NCBI GenBank assembly: GCA_963803435.1
Contig: CAWDML010000001.1
Coordinates: forward strand, 2,240,001-2,304,000
Origin: an uncultured delta proteobacterium
Lineage (GTDB): Bacteria > Myxococcota > Kuafuiibacteriia > Kuafuiibacteriales > Kuafuiibacteriaceae
Length of the DNA: 64,000 bases
Reading direction: 5' to 3'
Positions within the stretch are counted from its first letter, which is position 1. Every line of letters starts with the position of its first letter. Under the pieces are notes generated by a model. It did no database searches and was not told where the DNA came from. It worked only from the letters and a program-made list of their open reading frames with translations. Position numbers and translations under genes: made by a program. Of this stretch, positions 39,647 to 50,000 are shown in pieces.

Positions 39647-40930
39647 GAGCGTGTAGCGCGTAGCGCTACCGCGAGCCCGGTCCGGGTCCCGGTCCCGGTC
39701 CCGGTCCCGATGGCGATCATGCAGCCCGGCGTGCGTTCATCGACTTGATGAGGCGCGTGAGCATCTCGACAACGCGCTTGAGTGCGATCTCTTCAGCGAT
39801 GTCGGCATACTCGACGGCGAGCTGGTAGGCCTCGAGCTTCTCGTGATCGAAAGTGACCATGCAAGCTAGCTTGCGGTAGCTCGTCCACTTTGACCAGCAG
39901 AAGTTCTTGGAGGTCGTTTCGTCTGGAATCGATCGTTGGGCGGATCGACTTCGACGCCTGGACTTGATCCCATGGTTTCGTGGCGAAGCAATACCGTTCT
40001 TGGACTCCGAGACAATCGTTCTTGCTCCCGCCGTTCCCCTCTCGAGTGGCTCCCAGAAAATCATCTCGCGTACTTTCGTCTTGGACGTCGTCGATGAGGT
40101 AGAGCTGAGCGCGATCGAGATCTCGATCCAGTCCAAGGACCTGCGAGGCGAGCGACCGTACTCGCCTCGAATGATGATCGCGCTGCTTCTGTACGCCTAC
40201 TGCACCAGCTCGAACCATCCCCAGACCCAACTGAACGAAGTGATGGATGGCCGCATCATCGCGTTCCTGCAAATGTGGACGGCACACCGAGGCCCCACGC
40301 TCAGAGGAACTTCACCGACTCAGACAGCAGGATCATGTTGAAGGAGGGAGAAGGAGGGAGCGTACCTCCAGGCCGGGTCAGCAACCAGGCACCTGATCAG
40401 CAACACCTCGTCCCGATGCTCCGTGATGTGTTCGGCAACTGCGGCGATGCTCCGCGGAAGATGACGGCAGACAACGGCTATCTGAGGCGACCAACATCGA
40501 ATTTCTGCGACAACAATCAGATCGATGCCCACATCGCTGTTGGACGCGAACAGAACCAAGACGCGTCGACTCCGTCCTCATCAGCTTCGGAGCCCACACC
40601 TGCCTTGCTCGCTCGCAAGCGAATGCGAGACAAGTTGCAAACGCGCCACGGCAAGGCGGTCTACGCCCGCAGGAAGAGTATCGTCGAACCGGCGCTCGGA
40701 CAGATCAAAGCGGCACGAGGATTCCGCCGGTTCTCGCTCCGCTCCTTCTTCAAGGTACGAGCCGAGTGGACGCTCGTCTGCCTCACCCACAACCTGCTCA
40801 AGCTCTACCGATCGAAGCTCGCGACCGTCGCGAGCGTCTGACTCAAGGCAGCCATCTTCAGATCGGGACCCGGACCGGGACCGGGACCCGGACCGGGCTC
40901 GCGTGAGCGCTTACGCGCTACACGCTCCTA
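39644..40930 (+). mobile_element. IS1182-like/four-helix-bundle element, copy 3 (1287 bp)
   Basis: CTAG on both sides; same IRs and arrays; keeps the passenger start (ATG 39860, in-frame 47-aa deletion product to 39717), the divergent intergenic region, the transposase start (GTG 39980) and central motifs NFTDSDSRIM and TADNGY. Confidence 0.92.
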
Positions 40931-41000
40931 GCCCTCCCCGATAGCGCGGCGCGACCCCTGATATGACACGTGCCCCGCGAACCGATAGTCTGCCGTCGGC

Positions 41001-42494
41001 GTGGATCTCGCGATCGAACCCTCCCGCGCGCGCCGCGGCCTGTGGGCGATCGCGGCGCTGCTGGGCGGCGCGCTCGCGATGTCCCTCGAGATCGCCGCCG
41101 CACGTCTGGTCGCGCCGGCGCTGGGAAGCTCGATCGACGTCCTCGGGACCCTGATCAGCGTGATCCTCGGCGCGATGGCGCTCGGCTACGCGATCGGCGG
41201 CCGCGTCGCGGATCGGGCACGCGACGATCGGGTCATGTTCCTCGCGATCCTCGGCAGCGGCGTCCATCAGGTGGCCGCGCTCTTCTTCGCCGCACCGGTG
41301 CTGTCGTCGCTCGGCGCCTGGTCCGACTTCGCGGCGACCGCGCTCGCCATCTCGACGATCTTCGCGCCGCCGGTGCTGTTGCTCGCGGGCGTCGGTCCCT
41401 ACGTGATCCGTCTGTCCGCGCGAGGCGGCGCGGGCGCCGCCGCCGGTCGCGTCTACGCCCTGGGGACCGCGGGGAGCATCGCCGGCGTCCTCGGCACGAC
41501 GTTCGCGCTCCTCCCCGGCCTCGGCACGCGCGCGACGCTCCAGACGCTGGCCGGCCTCTCGCTCCTGCTCGGGATCGCCGGCCTGCTGCCGCGGCGATCC
41601 GCGATCGCCGGGCTCCTCTTCGCCGTCGCGATCCCGTATGCGCCACGCCGCGAGCGCCCGGCGCGGACCCGGTGGGTCGGCGAGTCCGTCTATCACGAGG
41701 TGCAGGTGGTGCAGCTCGGGCGCCTGCGCGGGCTGGTGCTCGATCACGAGCGCGACCTGCACACGGCGATCGATCCCGGCGGTGGACGGAGTGGCGGCTA
41801 CTGGGACGACTTCGCCGTCGGCCCGCTCCTCGCCGGCGGACATCGGGTGCTCGTGCTCGGGATGGGGGCCGGCGCCTCGATCCGCGCGGTGCGCTGGGCT
41901 GATCCGGACGCGATCATCGACGCAGTCGAGCTCGATCCGCTGGTCGTGCGCGTCGCCGCCGAGCAGTTCGGCGTGACGGACGGGCCTGGTCTCGCGATCC
42001 ACGTCGCCGACGCACGCCGGTTTGTAGCCCGGGACCACGGGCGCTACGACGTCATCCAAGCTGACCTCTTCCGGGGGGGCCCCGAGATCCCGGCGCACCT
42101 GGTGACCGTCGAGTTCTACGCGCTGATCCGATCCCACCTGGCGCGCGGCGGCGTGTTCATGCTGAACGTCTTCGATCTGGCGCCGGGACGCGCGCTGCTT
42201 CGAAGCGTGGCGGCCACCCTGGCGCGCGTGTTCCCGGCGGTGCTGGTGCGGTCGCGGGAGGGAAACCACCTCCTGCTCGCGTTTGCGGAGCCGCGGACCG
42301 CCGGCGAGGCGCAGGCCCGGCTCCTCGCGCCCGTGGGATCGTCGACCGTGACGGAGATCGCGAGCGAGGTCGCCGGCGCCCTGGCCCCGATGGCGTGGGC
42401 CGGCGGCGAGGTGCTCACCGACGACCGCGCGCCCATCGAGCGGCTGACGCGGGCGATGCTCTCCGAGGCCCGGGCCGCCCGCGTCCTCCCCTGA
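41001..42494 (+). CDS. Fused MFS-like membrane domain / spermidine-synthase-like SAM-dependent domain
   Basis: MSLEIAAARLVAPALGSS, GRVYALGTAGSIAG, VLVLGMGAG, VELDP, DARRF, YDVIQAD, IPAHLVTVEFY and LTDDRAP. Confidence 0.9.
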   Translation: MDLAIEPSRARRGLWAIAALLGGALAMSLEIAAARLVAPALGSSIDVLGTLISVILGAMALGYAIGGRVADRARDDRVMFLAILGSGVHQVAALFFAAPVLSSLGAWSDFAATALAISTIFAPPVLLLAGVGPYVIRLSARGGAGAAAGRVYALGTAGSIAGVLGTTFALLPGLGTRATLQTLAGLSLLLGIAGLLPRRSAIAGLLFAVAIPYAPRRERPARTRWVGESVYHEVQVVQLGRLRGLVLDHERDLHTAIDPGGGRSGGYWDDFAVGPLLAGGHRVLVLGMGAGASIRAVRWADPDAIIDAVELDPLVVRVAAEQFGVTDGPGLAIHVADARRFVARDHGRYDVIQADLFRGGPEIPAHLVTVEFYALIRSHLARGGVFMLNVFDLAPGRALLRSVAATLARVFPAVLVRSREGNHLLLAFAEPRTAGEAQARLLAPVGSSTVTEIASEVAGALAPMAWAGGEVLTDDRAPIERLTRAMLSEARAARVLP

Positions 42495-42532
42495 CCGTTG
42501 ACACGTGACCCCGCCTGTTCCGTTCTCTGGGG

Positions 42533-45500
42533 ATGCCCGCTCTGCCCCTCCGGCGCGCGCTCGTCGCGATCAGCCTCACCGCCTCGCTCGGACTCCCGGC
42601 GGTCGCGTCGGCCTTCACCATCATTCCCAACGAGATCAGCATCGCGGACCTGACCACCACCGAGGGCAACGGCGGAACGAAGAGCTTCAACTTCGTGGTC
42701 ACGCTGACCCGCAACAACTGCGGCGTGTTCACGATCGACTACACCGCCCTCGCCGGCTCGGCGGTCGCGCCCGAAGACTTCGCGCCCACCTCCGGGACGC
42801 TGACGTTCGACGGCACGGTCACCTGCAATCCCACCGAGACTGCCCTCGTCACCGTCCCGGTCGTCGCCGACTCCACCGGCGAGCCCAACGAGACGTTCTC
42901 GGTCGTCCTGAGCAACGTGCAACCGGCGATCACCACGATCGTCGACGGCACCGCGGTCGGGACCATCACGAACGACGATGGCCCGCCGCCCGCCCTCTCG
43001 GTCGGCGACGTCTCGCTCCTCGAGGGCAACGCCGGAAACACCACGATGACCTTCACGGTGAGCCTCTCGAGCCCCAGCACGCTCCCGATCACGTTCAGCT
43101 ACTTCACGAGCCCAGGCAGCGCCACCACGCCCGCCGACTACGGGACCGTCAACGGCCGCCCCACGCTCGCGCCCGGACAGACCACCATGACCATCGGCGT
43201 CCCGATCGTGGGCGACACGACGGACGAGCCCGACGAGACGTTCACGATGAACCTGTCTGCGCCGACCAACTCGGTGATCGCGGATCCGAGCGGCGTCGGG
43301 ACGATCCTGGACGACGACGGGCCCACCATCTCGATCACGAACGCCGTCGTGACCGAGGGCGACAGCGGCAGCGTCAACGCGGTGTTCACCGTGACCCTCT
43401 CGACCAGCTCGCCGGACACGATCACCGTCGACTACGCCACCGCCAACGGAACGGCCACCGCCGGCTCGGACTACACCGCGCGGAGCGGCACGCTGACGTT
43501 CTCCGGCCGGGCCACCGTGCAGACGATCAGCGTGCCGGTGCTGGGCGATCTCCTCGACGAGGCCGACGAGACCTTCTTCGTGAACCTGAGCAACGCGGTG
43601 CAAGCGACGATCGCCGACAACCAGGGTCAGGGCACGATCACCGACGACGACCCGCCGCCGGCCCTCTCGATCGACGACCGCACGCTCGCCGAGAACGGCG
43701 GGACGATGACGTTCACGGTCTCGCTCTCGGCGCCGAGCGGTCGGACCGTGACGGTCGACTACGCCACCGCCAACGGGACCGCGGTCTCGCCCGCGGACTA
43801 CGCCCAGGCCAGCGGCACCCTCACGTTCGCGCCGGGGACCCTCACGCGCACGATCCCGATCGCGATCGCGAACGACGCCCTCGACGAGCCGAACGAGAGC
43901 TTCACCGTCGTCCTCAGCGGCGCCGTCAACGCCACCATCCAGGACGGCACCGGGGCCGGGACGATCACCGACGACGATCCCACGCCCACGCTCGCCATCG
44001 ACGACCGTACGGTGAGCGAAGGCGTCGGGACGATGACGTTCACCGTGACGTTGTCGGCGGCCAGCGGGCAGACCGTCACGGTCGACTATGCCAGCGCGAA
44101 CGGAACGGCGGTGGCACCGGGCGACTACACGGCCACCAGCGGCACCCTCACGTTCGCGCCCGGGGTAGTGACGCGGACGATCAACGTCATACTCATCGAC
44201 GACCTGCTCGACGAAGCCAACGAGACGCTGTCGATCAACCTCACGAACCCGACGAACGCGACGATCGCCGACGCCACCGGCGCCGGTACGATCACCGACG
44301 ACGACAACCCGCCAACGATCTCGATCGACGATCAGACCGCCGGCGAGGCCACGCCTGCGATGACGTTCACCGTCTCTCTGTCGGCGGCCAGCGGGCGCAC
44401 CGTGACCGTCGCCTACGCGACCGCGAACGGGACAGCCGTCGCACCCGGCGACTACACCGCGGTGAGCGGGACGCTGACGTTCACACCGGGCGTGCTGACG
44501 CGAACGATCCTGGTCAGCGTGGTGAACGACGCACTCGACGAGGCGAACGAGACGTTCTCGGTGATCCTGAGCGGGCCCACCAACGCCACCCTCCTCGACG
44601 GGACCGGCGACGGAACGATCAACGACGACGACCCCCCACCCTCGATCTCGATCGATGATCGAACGCTGGGCGAAGGCGGCGGCACCATGACCTTCTCGGT
44701 GACGCTCTCCGCGGCCAGCGGACGGACCGTGACGGTGAGCTACGCGACCGCCGACGGCACCGCGTCGTCGCCCGCCGACTACGCCTCGGTCTCCGGGACG
44801 CTCTCCTTCGCGCCCGGCGCGCTGACGCGCACGATCGACATCCCGATCGTGAGCGATACGTTGGACGAGGCCGACGAGACGTTCTCGGTGACGCTGACGA
44901 ACCCGACGAACGCAACCATCCAGGACGGGACCGGCGCCGGCACCATCACCGACGACGACGCGCCGCCCGCCCTCACCATCGACGATCGGACCGGTGGCGA
45001 GGGATCCGGCACGCTGACGTTCACCGTGACGCTCTCCGCGGCCAGCGGGCGGACCGTGACCGTCGCCTACGCGACCGCGAACGGGACGGCCCTCGCGCCC
45101 GGCGACTACACCGCCGCCTCCGGAATGCTGACCTTCGCGCCCGGAGTGTCGAGCCGGACGATCCCGATCGCGCTCGCCGACGATGCGCTCGACGAGGCCG
45201 ACGAGACCTTCTCCGTCGAGCTCACCAGCCCCACCAACGCCTCGATCCAGGATGGAACCGGCGCCGGCACCATCACCGACGACGATCCGGAGCCGGTCCT
45301 CTCCATTGCCGACCTCTCGCTGGCCGAGGGCGCGGGTCAGGCAGTCTTCACGGTGACGCTCTCCGGCCCCAGCGGGCGGCCGGTGACGGTGAGCTACGCG
45401 ACGATGGACGGCACCGCGGACGCGACCGACTACACCGGGGTGAGCGGGACGTTGACGTTCGCCCCCGGCGACACCGCCCGGACCGTGCCGGTCGCGCTCC

Positions 45501-46834
45501 TCGACGACACCACCGTTGAGCCCGACGAGACCTTCACGATCGACCTCACCTCCCCGGTCAACGCGACGCTCGCGGTCGCCTCGGCCACAGCGACCATCCT
45601 CGACGACGACGCTGCGCCCGACCTGACGGTCCTGGTCGACCTCACCGAGCCGTGGGGGGTGGGCGAGACTGTCGCGTATCGCGTGCGGGTCTCGAACGTG
45701 GGGACGGCGCCGACCAGCGGCGACGTCACGGTGACGCATCGCCTGCCCCCCGGGCTCGCGTTCGAGTCGGCCGCCGGCACCGGCTGGACCTGCTCGACGA
45801 CCGACGCCGCGCTCACCTGCGTTCGCGCCCTCCCGATCGACACCGGGGCCCCCGATCTCGAGATCGAAGCGACCGTCGGCCCCGAGGCGTATCCGGCGCT
45901 GACGATCACCGCGAGCGTCGCCTCCACGCGCGACTTCGATCCGACCAACAACACGACCTCCACCGACGTCTCGATCCTCGGCCTGGCCGACGTCTCGGTG
46001 GCGCTGGTGAACCTGGGCGAGGGCGCGACCCCGGGCGCGCCGATCGCCTACCGGATCACCGTGTCCAACGGAGGACCCAACACGCTCGATACGATCGCGC
46101 TCCTCGACATGCTCCCGGCCGACGTCCAGTCACCGGCGTTCACGCCCAGCCTCGGCGACTACGACGACACCACCGGATCGTGGAGCGGGCTCGACCTGAC
46201 CGCCGGCAGCACGGTGACGATGAACGTCCGTGGCACCGTCTCGGCCGAGGCCGAGGGCATCCTGGAGCACGAGGTCGACGTCCAGGTACCGGACACCTTC
46301 GTGGATCCGGACCTCGCGAACAACGTCGCGGTCCAGATGTCGGTCGTCGCCAAGGGCGAGGCCTGCGACGACGACGGCCTCGACGACGCCGAGGAGGCGG
46401 CGCTCGGCACCGATCCGTGCGATCCGGACACCGACCACGATGGCCTGCTCGACGGCATCGAGGTGCACGGCGACAATCCGACAAACCCGCTGGACGCCGA
46501 CAGCGACGACGACGGCCTCTGCGACGGCCCCGTCACCGTGGGCACCTGCATCGCAGGTGAGGACCTCAATGCGAACGGACGGGTCGACGCTGGTGAGACG
46601 GATCCGAACAATCCCGACTCCGACAACGGCGGTGTCTCCGACGGCGTCGAGGTCCGGCGCGGCAGCAGCCCGCTCGATCCCGATGACGACTTCCCGAAGA
46701 CCGAGGAAGAGAACCACCGGTCAGGCTGCGACTGTCGCGCGACCCACGCCGCGTCCCACGGCCTGCCCGGATCGCTGATCGGGCTCGCGATGGTAGCGCT
46801 GGTCACGCGGCGGAGGCGTCGTCGACAGCTCTAA
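42533..46834 (+). CDS. Surface protein: 9 Calx-beta repeats, 2 DUF11-like domains, TSP3-like Ca-binding repeats, MYXO-CTERM anchor
   Basis: Repeated V.YATANGTA..P.DY...SGTLTF.PG...DE.DETF...GTITDDD units; DTDHDGLLDG repeats; C-terminal SGCDC + TM helix + RRRRRR. Confidence 0.93.
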   Translation: MPALPLRRALVAISLTASLGLPAVASAFTIIPNEISIADLTTTEGNGGTKSFNFVVTLTRNNCGVFTIDYTALAGSAVAPEDFAPTSGTLTFDGTVTCNPTETALVTVPVVADSTGEPNETFSVVLSNVQPAITTIVDGTAVGTITNDDGPPPALSVGDVSLLEGNAGNTTMTFTVSLSSPSTLPITFSYFTSPGSATTPADYGTVNGRPTLAPGQTTMTIGVPIVGDTTDEPDETFTMNLSAPTNSVIADPSGVGTILDDDGPTISITNAVVTEGDSGSVNAVFTVTLSTSSPDTITVDYATANGTATAGSDYTARSGTLTFSGRATVQTISVPVLGDLLDEADETFFVNLSNAVQATIADNQGQGTITDDDPPPALSIDDRTLAENGGTMTFTVSLSAPSGRTVTVDYATANGTAVSPADYAQASGTLTFAPGTLTRTIPIAIANDALDEPNESFTVVLSGAVNATIQDGTGAGTITDDDPTPTLAIDDRTVSEGVGTMTFTVTLSAASGQTVTVDYASANGTAVAPGDYTATSGTLTFAPGVVTRTINVILIDDLLDEANETLSINLTNPTNATIADATGAGTITDDDNPPTISIDDQTAGEATPAMTFTVSLSAASGRTVTVAYATANGTAVAPGDYTAVSGTLTFTPGVLTRTILVSVVNDALDEANETFSVILSGPTNATLLDGTGDGTINDDDPPPSISIDDRTLGEGGGTMTFSVTLSAASGRTVTVSYATADGTASSPADYASVSGTLSFAPGALTRTIDIPIVSDTLDEADETFSVTLTNPTNATIQDGTGAGTITDDDAPPALTIDDRTGGEGSGTLTFTVTLSAASGRTVTVAYATANGTALAPGDYTAASGMLTFAPGVSSRTIPIALADDALDEADETFSVELTSPTNASIQDGTGAGTITDDDPEPVLSIADLSLAEGAGQAVFTVTLSGPSGRPVTVSYATMDGTADATDYTGVSGTLTFAPGDTARTVPVALLDDTTVEPDETFTIDLTSPVNATLAVASATATILDDDAAPDLTVLVDLTEPWGVGETVAYRVRVSNVGTAPTSGDVTVTHRLPPGLAFESAAGTGWTCSTTDAALTCVRALPIDTGAPDLEIEATVGPEAYPALTITASVASTRDFDPTNNTTSTDVSILGLADVSVALVNLGEGATPGAPIAYRITVSNGGPNTLDTIALLDMLPADVQSPAFTPSLGDYDDTTGSWSGLDLTAGSTVTMNVRGTVSAEAEGILEHEVDVQVPDTFVDPDLANNVAVQMSVVAKGEACDDDGLDDAEEAALGTDPCDPDTDHDGLLDGIEVHGDNPTNPLDADSDDDGLCDGPVTVGTCIAGEDLNANGRVDAGETDPNNPDSDNGGVSDGVEVRRGSSPLDPDDDFPKTEEENHRSGCDCRATHAASHGLPGSLIGLAMVALVTRRRRRRQL

Positions 46835-46968
46835 CTCCCCGATATCTAGAGGAGATGCGCATAGTCTGGCACCCCACGACCACCTCCCCGGCGCCGGTCA
46901 TCCGCTCGGCACGCCGACCGCCGACTCCAGCGAGCTCGAGCTCGCGCGCTAACGTTCGTGGGCTGGTG

Positions 46969-47013
46969 GCAGGTTCGCCGGCGGAGGATCCGAACGCTCC
47001 GCCGGCGGCCTGC
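46969..47013. terminator. Long GC hairpin between convergent genes
   Basis: GCAGGTTCGCCGGCGGAG-10 nt-CTCCGCCGGCGGCCTGC; no U-tract. Confidence 0.5.
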
Positions 47014-47023
47014 GACCGAAGCC

Positions 47024-50000
47024 TCAGCCCTGACGCTTCAGATCGTCCGTCCCCGTGAACTGGAGGAACGCCGGCTGGTCGCTCGGCGGCGGCTCCCAGT
47101 CGATCGACTTCTGCACCACCTTGATGCCGAGGCTCTCGAGCCACTTCGTGGGCGGGTTGGCGCCCAGCATGCAGTACACGTAGTCGTTCTCGATCTCGTC
47201 CCCGAGATCCAGCACCACGGTCTTCTCGGTGACCTTCTCCGGGTTGGCCTTGAAGTACGCCTTCACGCGCCCGCTCTTGATGAGCTCGCCGATCTTCTCC
47301 CGGTTGCCCTTCTTCGCCTTGTTGAAGGAGTCCTGCCGGTAGACGATGCAGACCTGGTTGCTCCCGCCGTGCACCTCGGCCATCTGGATGGCGGCCTCGA
47401 GCGCACTGTCGCCGCCGCCCACGACCATCACCTTGTGTCCGTTGTGCTCCTCGGCGTCGATCAGGCGGTAACGGACCTTCGGTAGGTCGTCGCCGGGCTT
47501 CCCCAGCCGCCGCGGATCGCCGCGGGTACCCGGCGCCAGGATCACGCGCAGGCAGGTGAACATGCCCTTCTTCGTCTTCACGGCGAAGCCATCGCCGTGC
47601 GGATCGATGTCGATGACCGACTCGCCGTACGCGATCGACAGCTTGGAGACGTCGTTCGACCAGCGTGCGATCGCCTCCTCCCGCGTGGTGTCGGCGATCC
47701 AGAGCGGCCCCATCAACCGCACGCCCTGCGGATAGTCCGGCGTCGGCGGCGGCGGCGACTCCATCAGCTTCTTCTTCTTCGGATAGTCCTGGATCGTGGA
47801 GGCGAACGTCTCCCGCTTCTCCAGGAGCACGTACCTGAGGTTCTCCTGGCGAGCCGTCATCGCCGCCGAGATCCCGGCCGGCCCGCTGCCCGCGATCACG
47901 ACCTCGTAGTCGACGCCCGCCCGGGCCGCCTGTCCGGGCGCCAGGCCCTCGTGGATCATGTGGTGCACGGTAAAGAAGCCGACGTTGATCCCGTTCTTCA
48001 CCAGCGGCTTGCCGGCTGCCTCGCCGATCACGTAGACGCCGCGATCGCCGCCCTTCACGCCGGTCTGGTAGTTCGGATCGATCGCGGGGCGCGGCTGCAT
48101 CGGCAGCGGCTTGTCCGGCTCCCACATCATCAGCGCCCCGGGACCGCAGACGTCGACGCAGATACCGCACTCGTGGCAGAGCTCGGGCGACCGCAGCACC
48201 GGCCGCTTCTCCTCCATCTCCAGCACCTGATAGGGGCACGCCTCGACGCAGTCCCCCGAGCCGGTACAGCGCGAGCCGAGCAGTCGGGGCAGGCGCTTGG
48301 CCTTGCCGCGCTCGACGCCGTCGCACTTGAGCGGCTCGACCTCGCTCGGGATCGACAGCGGCGACTCGCGCTCCTTGTCCTCCCACGCCGCGCGGCGCTT
48401 GAAGGCCGCGTGCCCGAAGAAGATGAGCCCCATCGGGACGAAGAGGAGGAGCAGCGTGGCCATGGCGGTGCCCGCCGGCGAGGGCGGGATCAAGGGCTCG
48501 GCGGCCGCCTTGGCCCACATCTCGCCGTGCTCGCGGTGGCACTGGCCGCACTGCTTGGAGTCGAGCGCCTTCACCGGGCCGTGGCAGCCGAAGCATGATC
48601 CCCACGGCGCCTCGCGCTCGCCGGTCCCGCCGGCGTGGCAGGCGGCGCACCCGCGGGCGAGCGTGCCGTGCGCCCGATGCAGCGCGACGCTCTCGTCCCC
48701 GCCGAGGCCCAGGTCGGCCCGGATGTTCGCGGTGGGGAAGACGCCCGCGCTCGCCGGCGGCTCCTGCTTCTTCACGACGGCGGAGACCTGCTTCATCTTC
48801 TGATGCCGGTCGGGGTGACAGCTGGCGCACTGCCCGTTCACCAGCGCCGCCACACCTCGCTCCCGCGGATGCTCGGCGTGGCACTGAGCGCACGCGCCGT
48901 CCTTCAGCGCCTCGAGCGCCAGGTGCTCGGGGCGGAGCGCAGCCTTCTGACCGGGATGGCAGCGCTCGCACTGCTCGTCGACCGGGCCGCGGAACTGCAG
49001 GTGGCAGGCGCCGCACGAGTCGGTCCCCGAGTCGAACTTCTCGGAGACCAACCGCGCGAACTCGGGCGAGCGGTGGCGCTCCGAGATCGGCCGGCGCAGG
49101 AAGGAGGATCCGCCGTCGAACATCAAGATCCCGGTGACCCCGAGGGCCAGCGCCACCCCGGTGCCCACCAGGAGCGGGAGCTGCCAGGTCCGCCGGACGT
49201 CGTGCGGCTCCTTCCAGACCAGCTTCTCGCGATCGACCTGCTGCCGGTCCTCGCGCTTCGCGATCTCGAAGTCGCCCGGGAGGCGGACCAGCGTCTGGAA
49301 CGGCGAGGACACCTCGACGTCCTTGACGTACTTGGGCACGTCGACGTCCGGCGCCTTGGGCGTGAAATCGATGTTGACGCGGTAGCCCTGGACCTCGAAG
49401 CGAAGCTCGTGCCCGCCGATGGTGGCGGTGTCCCCGTTCTTGAGCCGGATCTCGACCACGCGCGCACCGTCGACGTAGATCGGCGCGCCCTCGATCGCCG
49501 CCAGGTGGAAGACCGGCATGCGGAAGAAGATCTTCGCGTGCTTGCGCTCGACCTTCTGGTCGTCGATGAAGATCTCGCAGTCGGGATCGCGTCCCACCAC
49601 GATCGACTCGCCCTTCCGGACGGACCCCTGGAACGCGAAGATCGGCTGCTTGAGCACCACCGTCTCCATCGCGTCGGCGGCGTCCGTGTCGACGCCCGGG
49701 GCGAGGAACTCGATCTCGCTGGCGCCGATGGTGATCACCTGCCCGTGGCCGAGCACGGCCCCCACCTTGGGGATCCCGACCCCGTTGAGCCGCGGGAGAT
49801 CGTCGATCGGCTCCAGCCGGTGGCTCCCTCCGACCTTCGTGATCCGGAACGAGCGTAGCTTCACCTGCGGATCGGCGATGACGACGTCGTTGTTCTCGCC
49901 GCGCCCGATGGTGATGGGCCCGGCGTCGAAGAAGACCCGGCGCGCGTTGTGCGGCCCGCTCAGGAACACCAGCCGGGCCGGCAGCCCGTACTGTGCGAAC

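Noticed and set aside
6382-40930. Diversity-generating retroelement, suggested by the Avd-like gene
   Set aside because: No reverse transcriptase and no TR/VR pair with adenine-specific mismatches in the window.
46855-47058. 67-aa ORF after GAGGAG
   Set aside because: The SD-like sequence abuts the ATG, the product is low-complexity, and it runs through a hairpin into the convergent gene.
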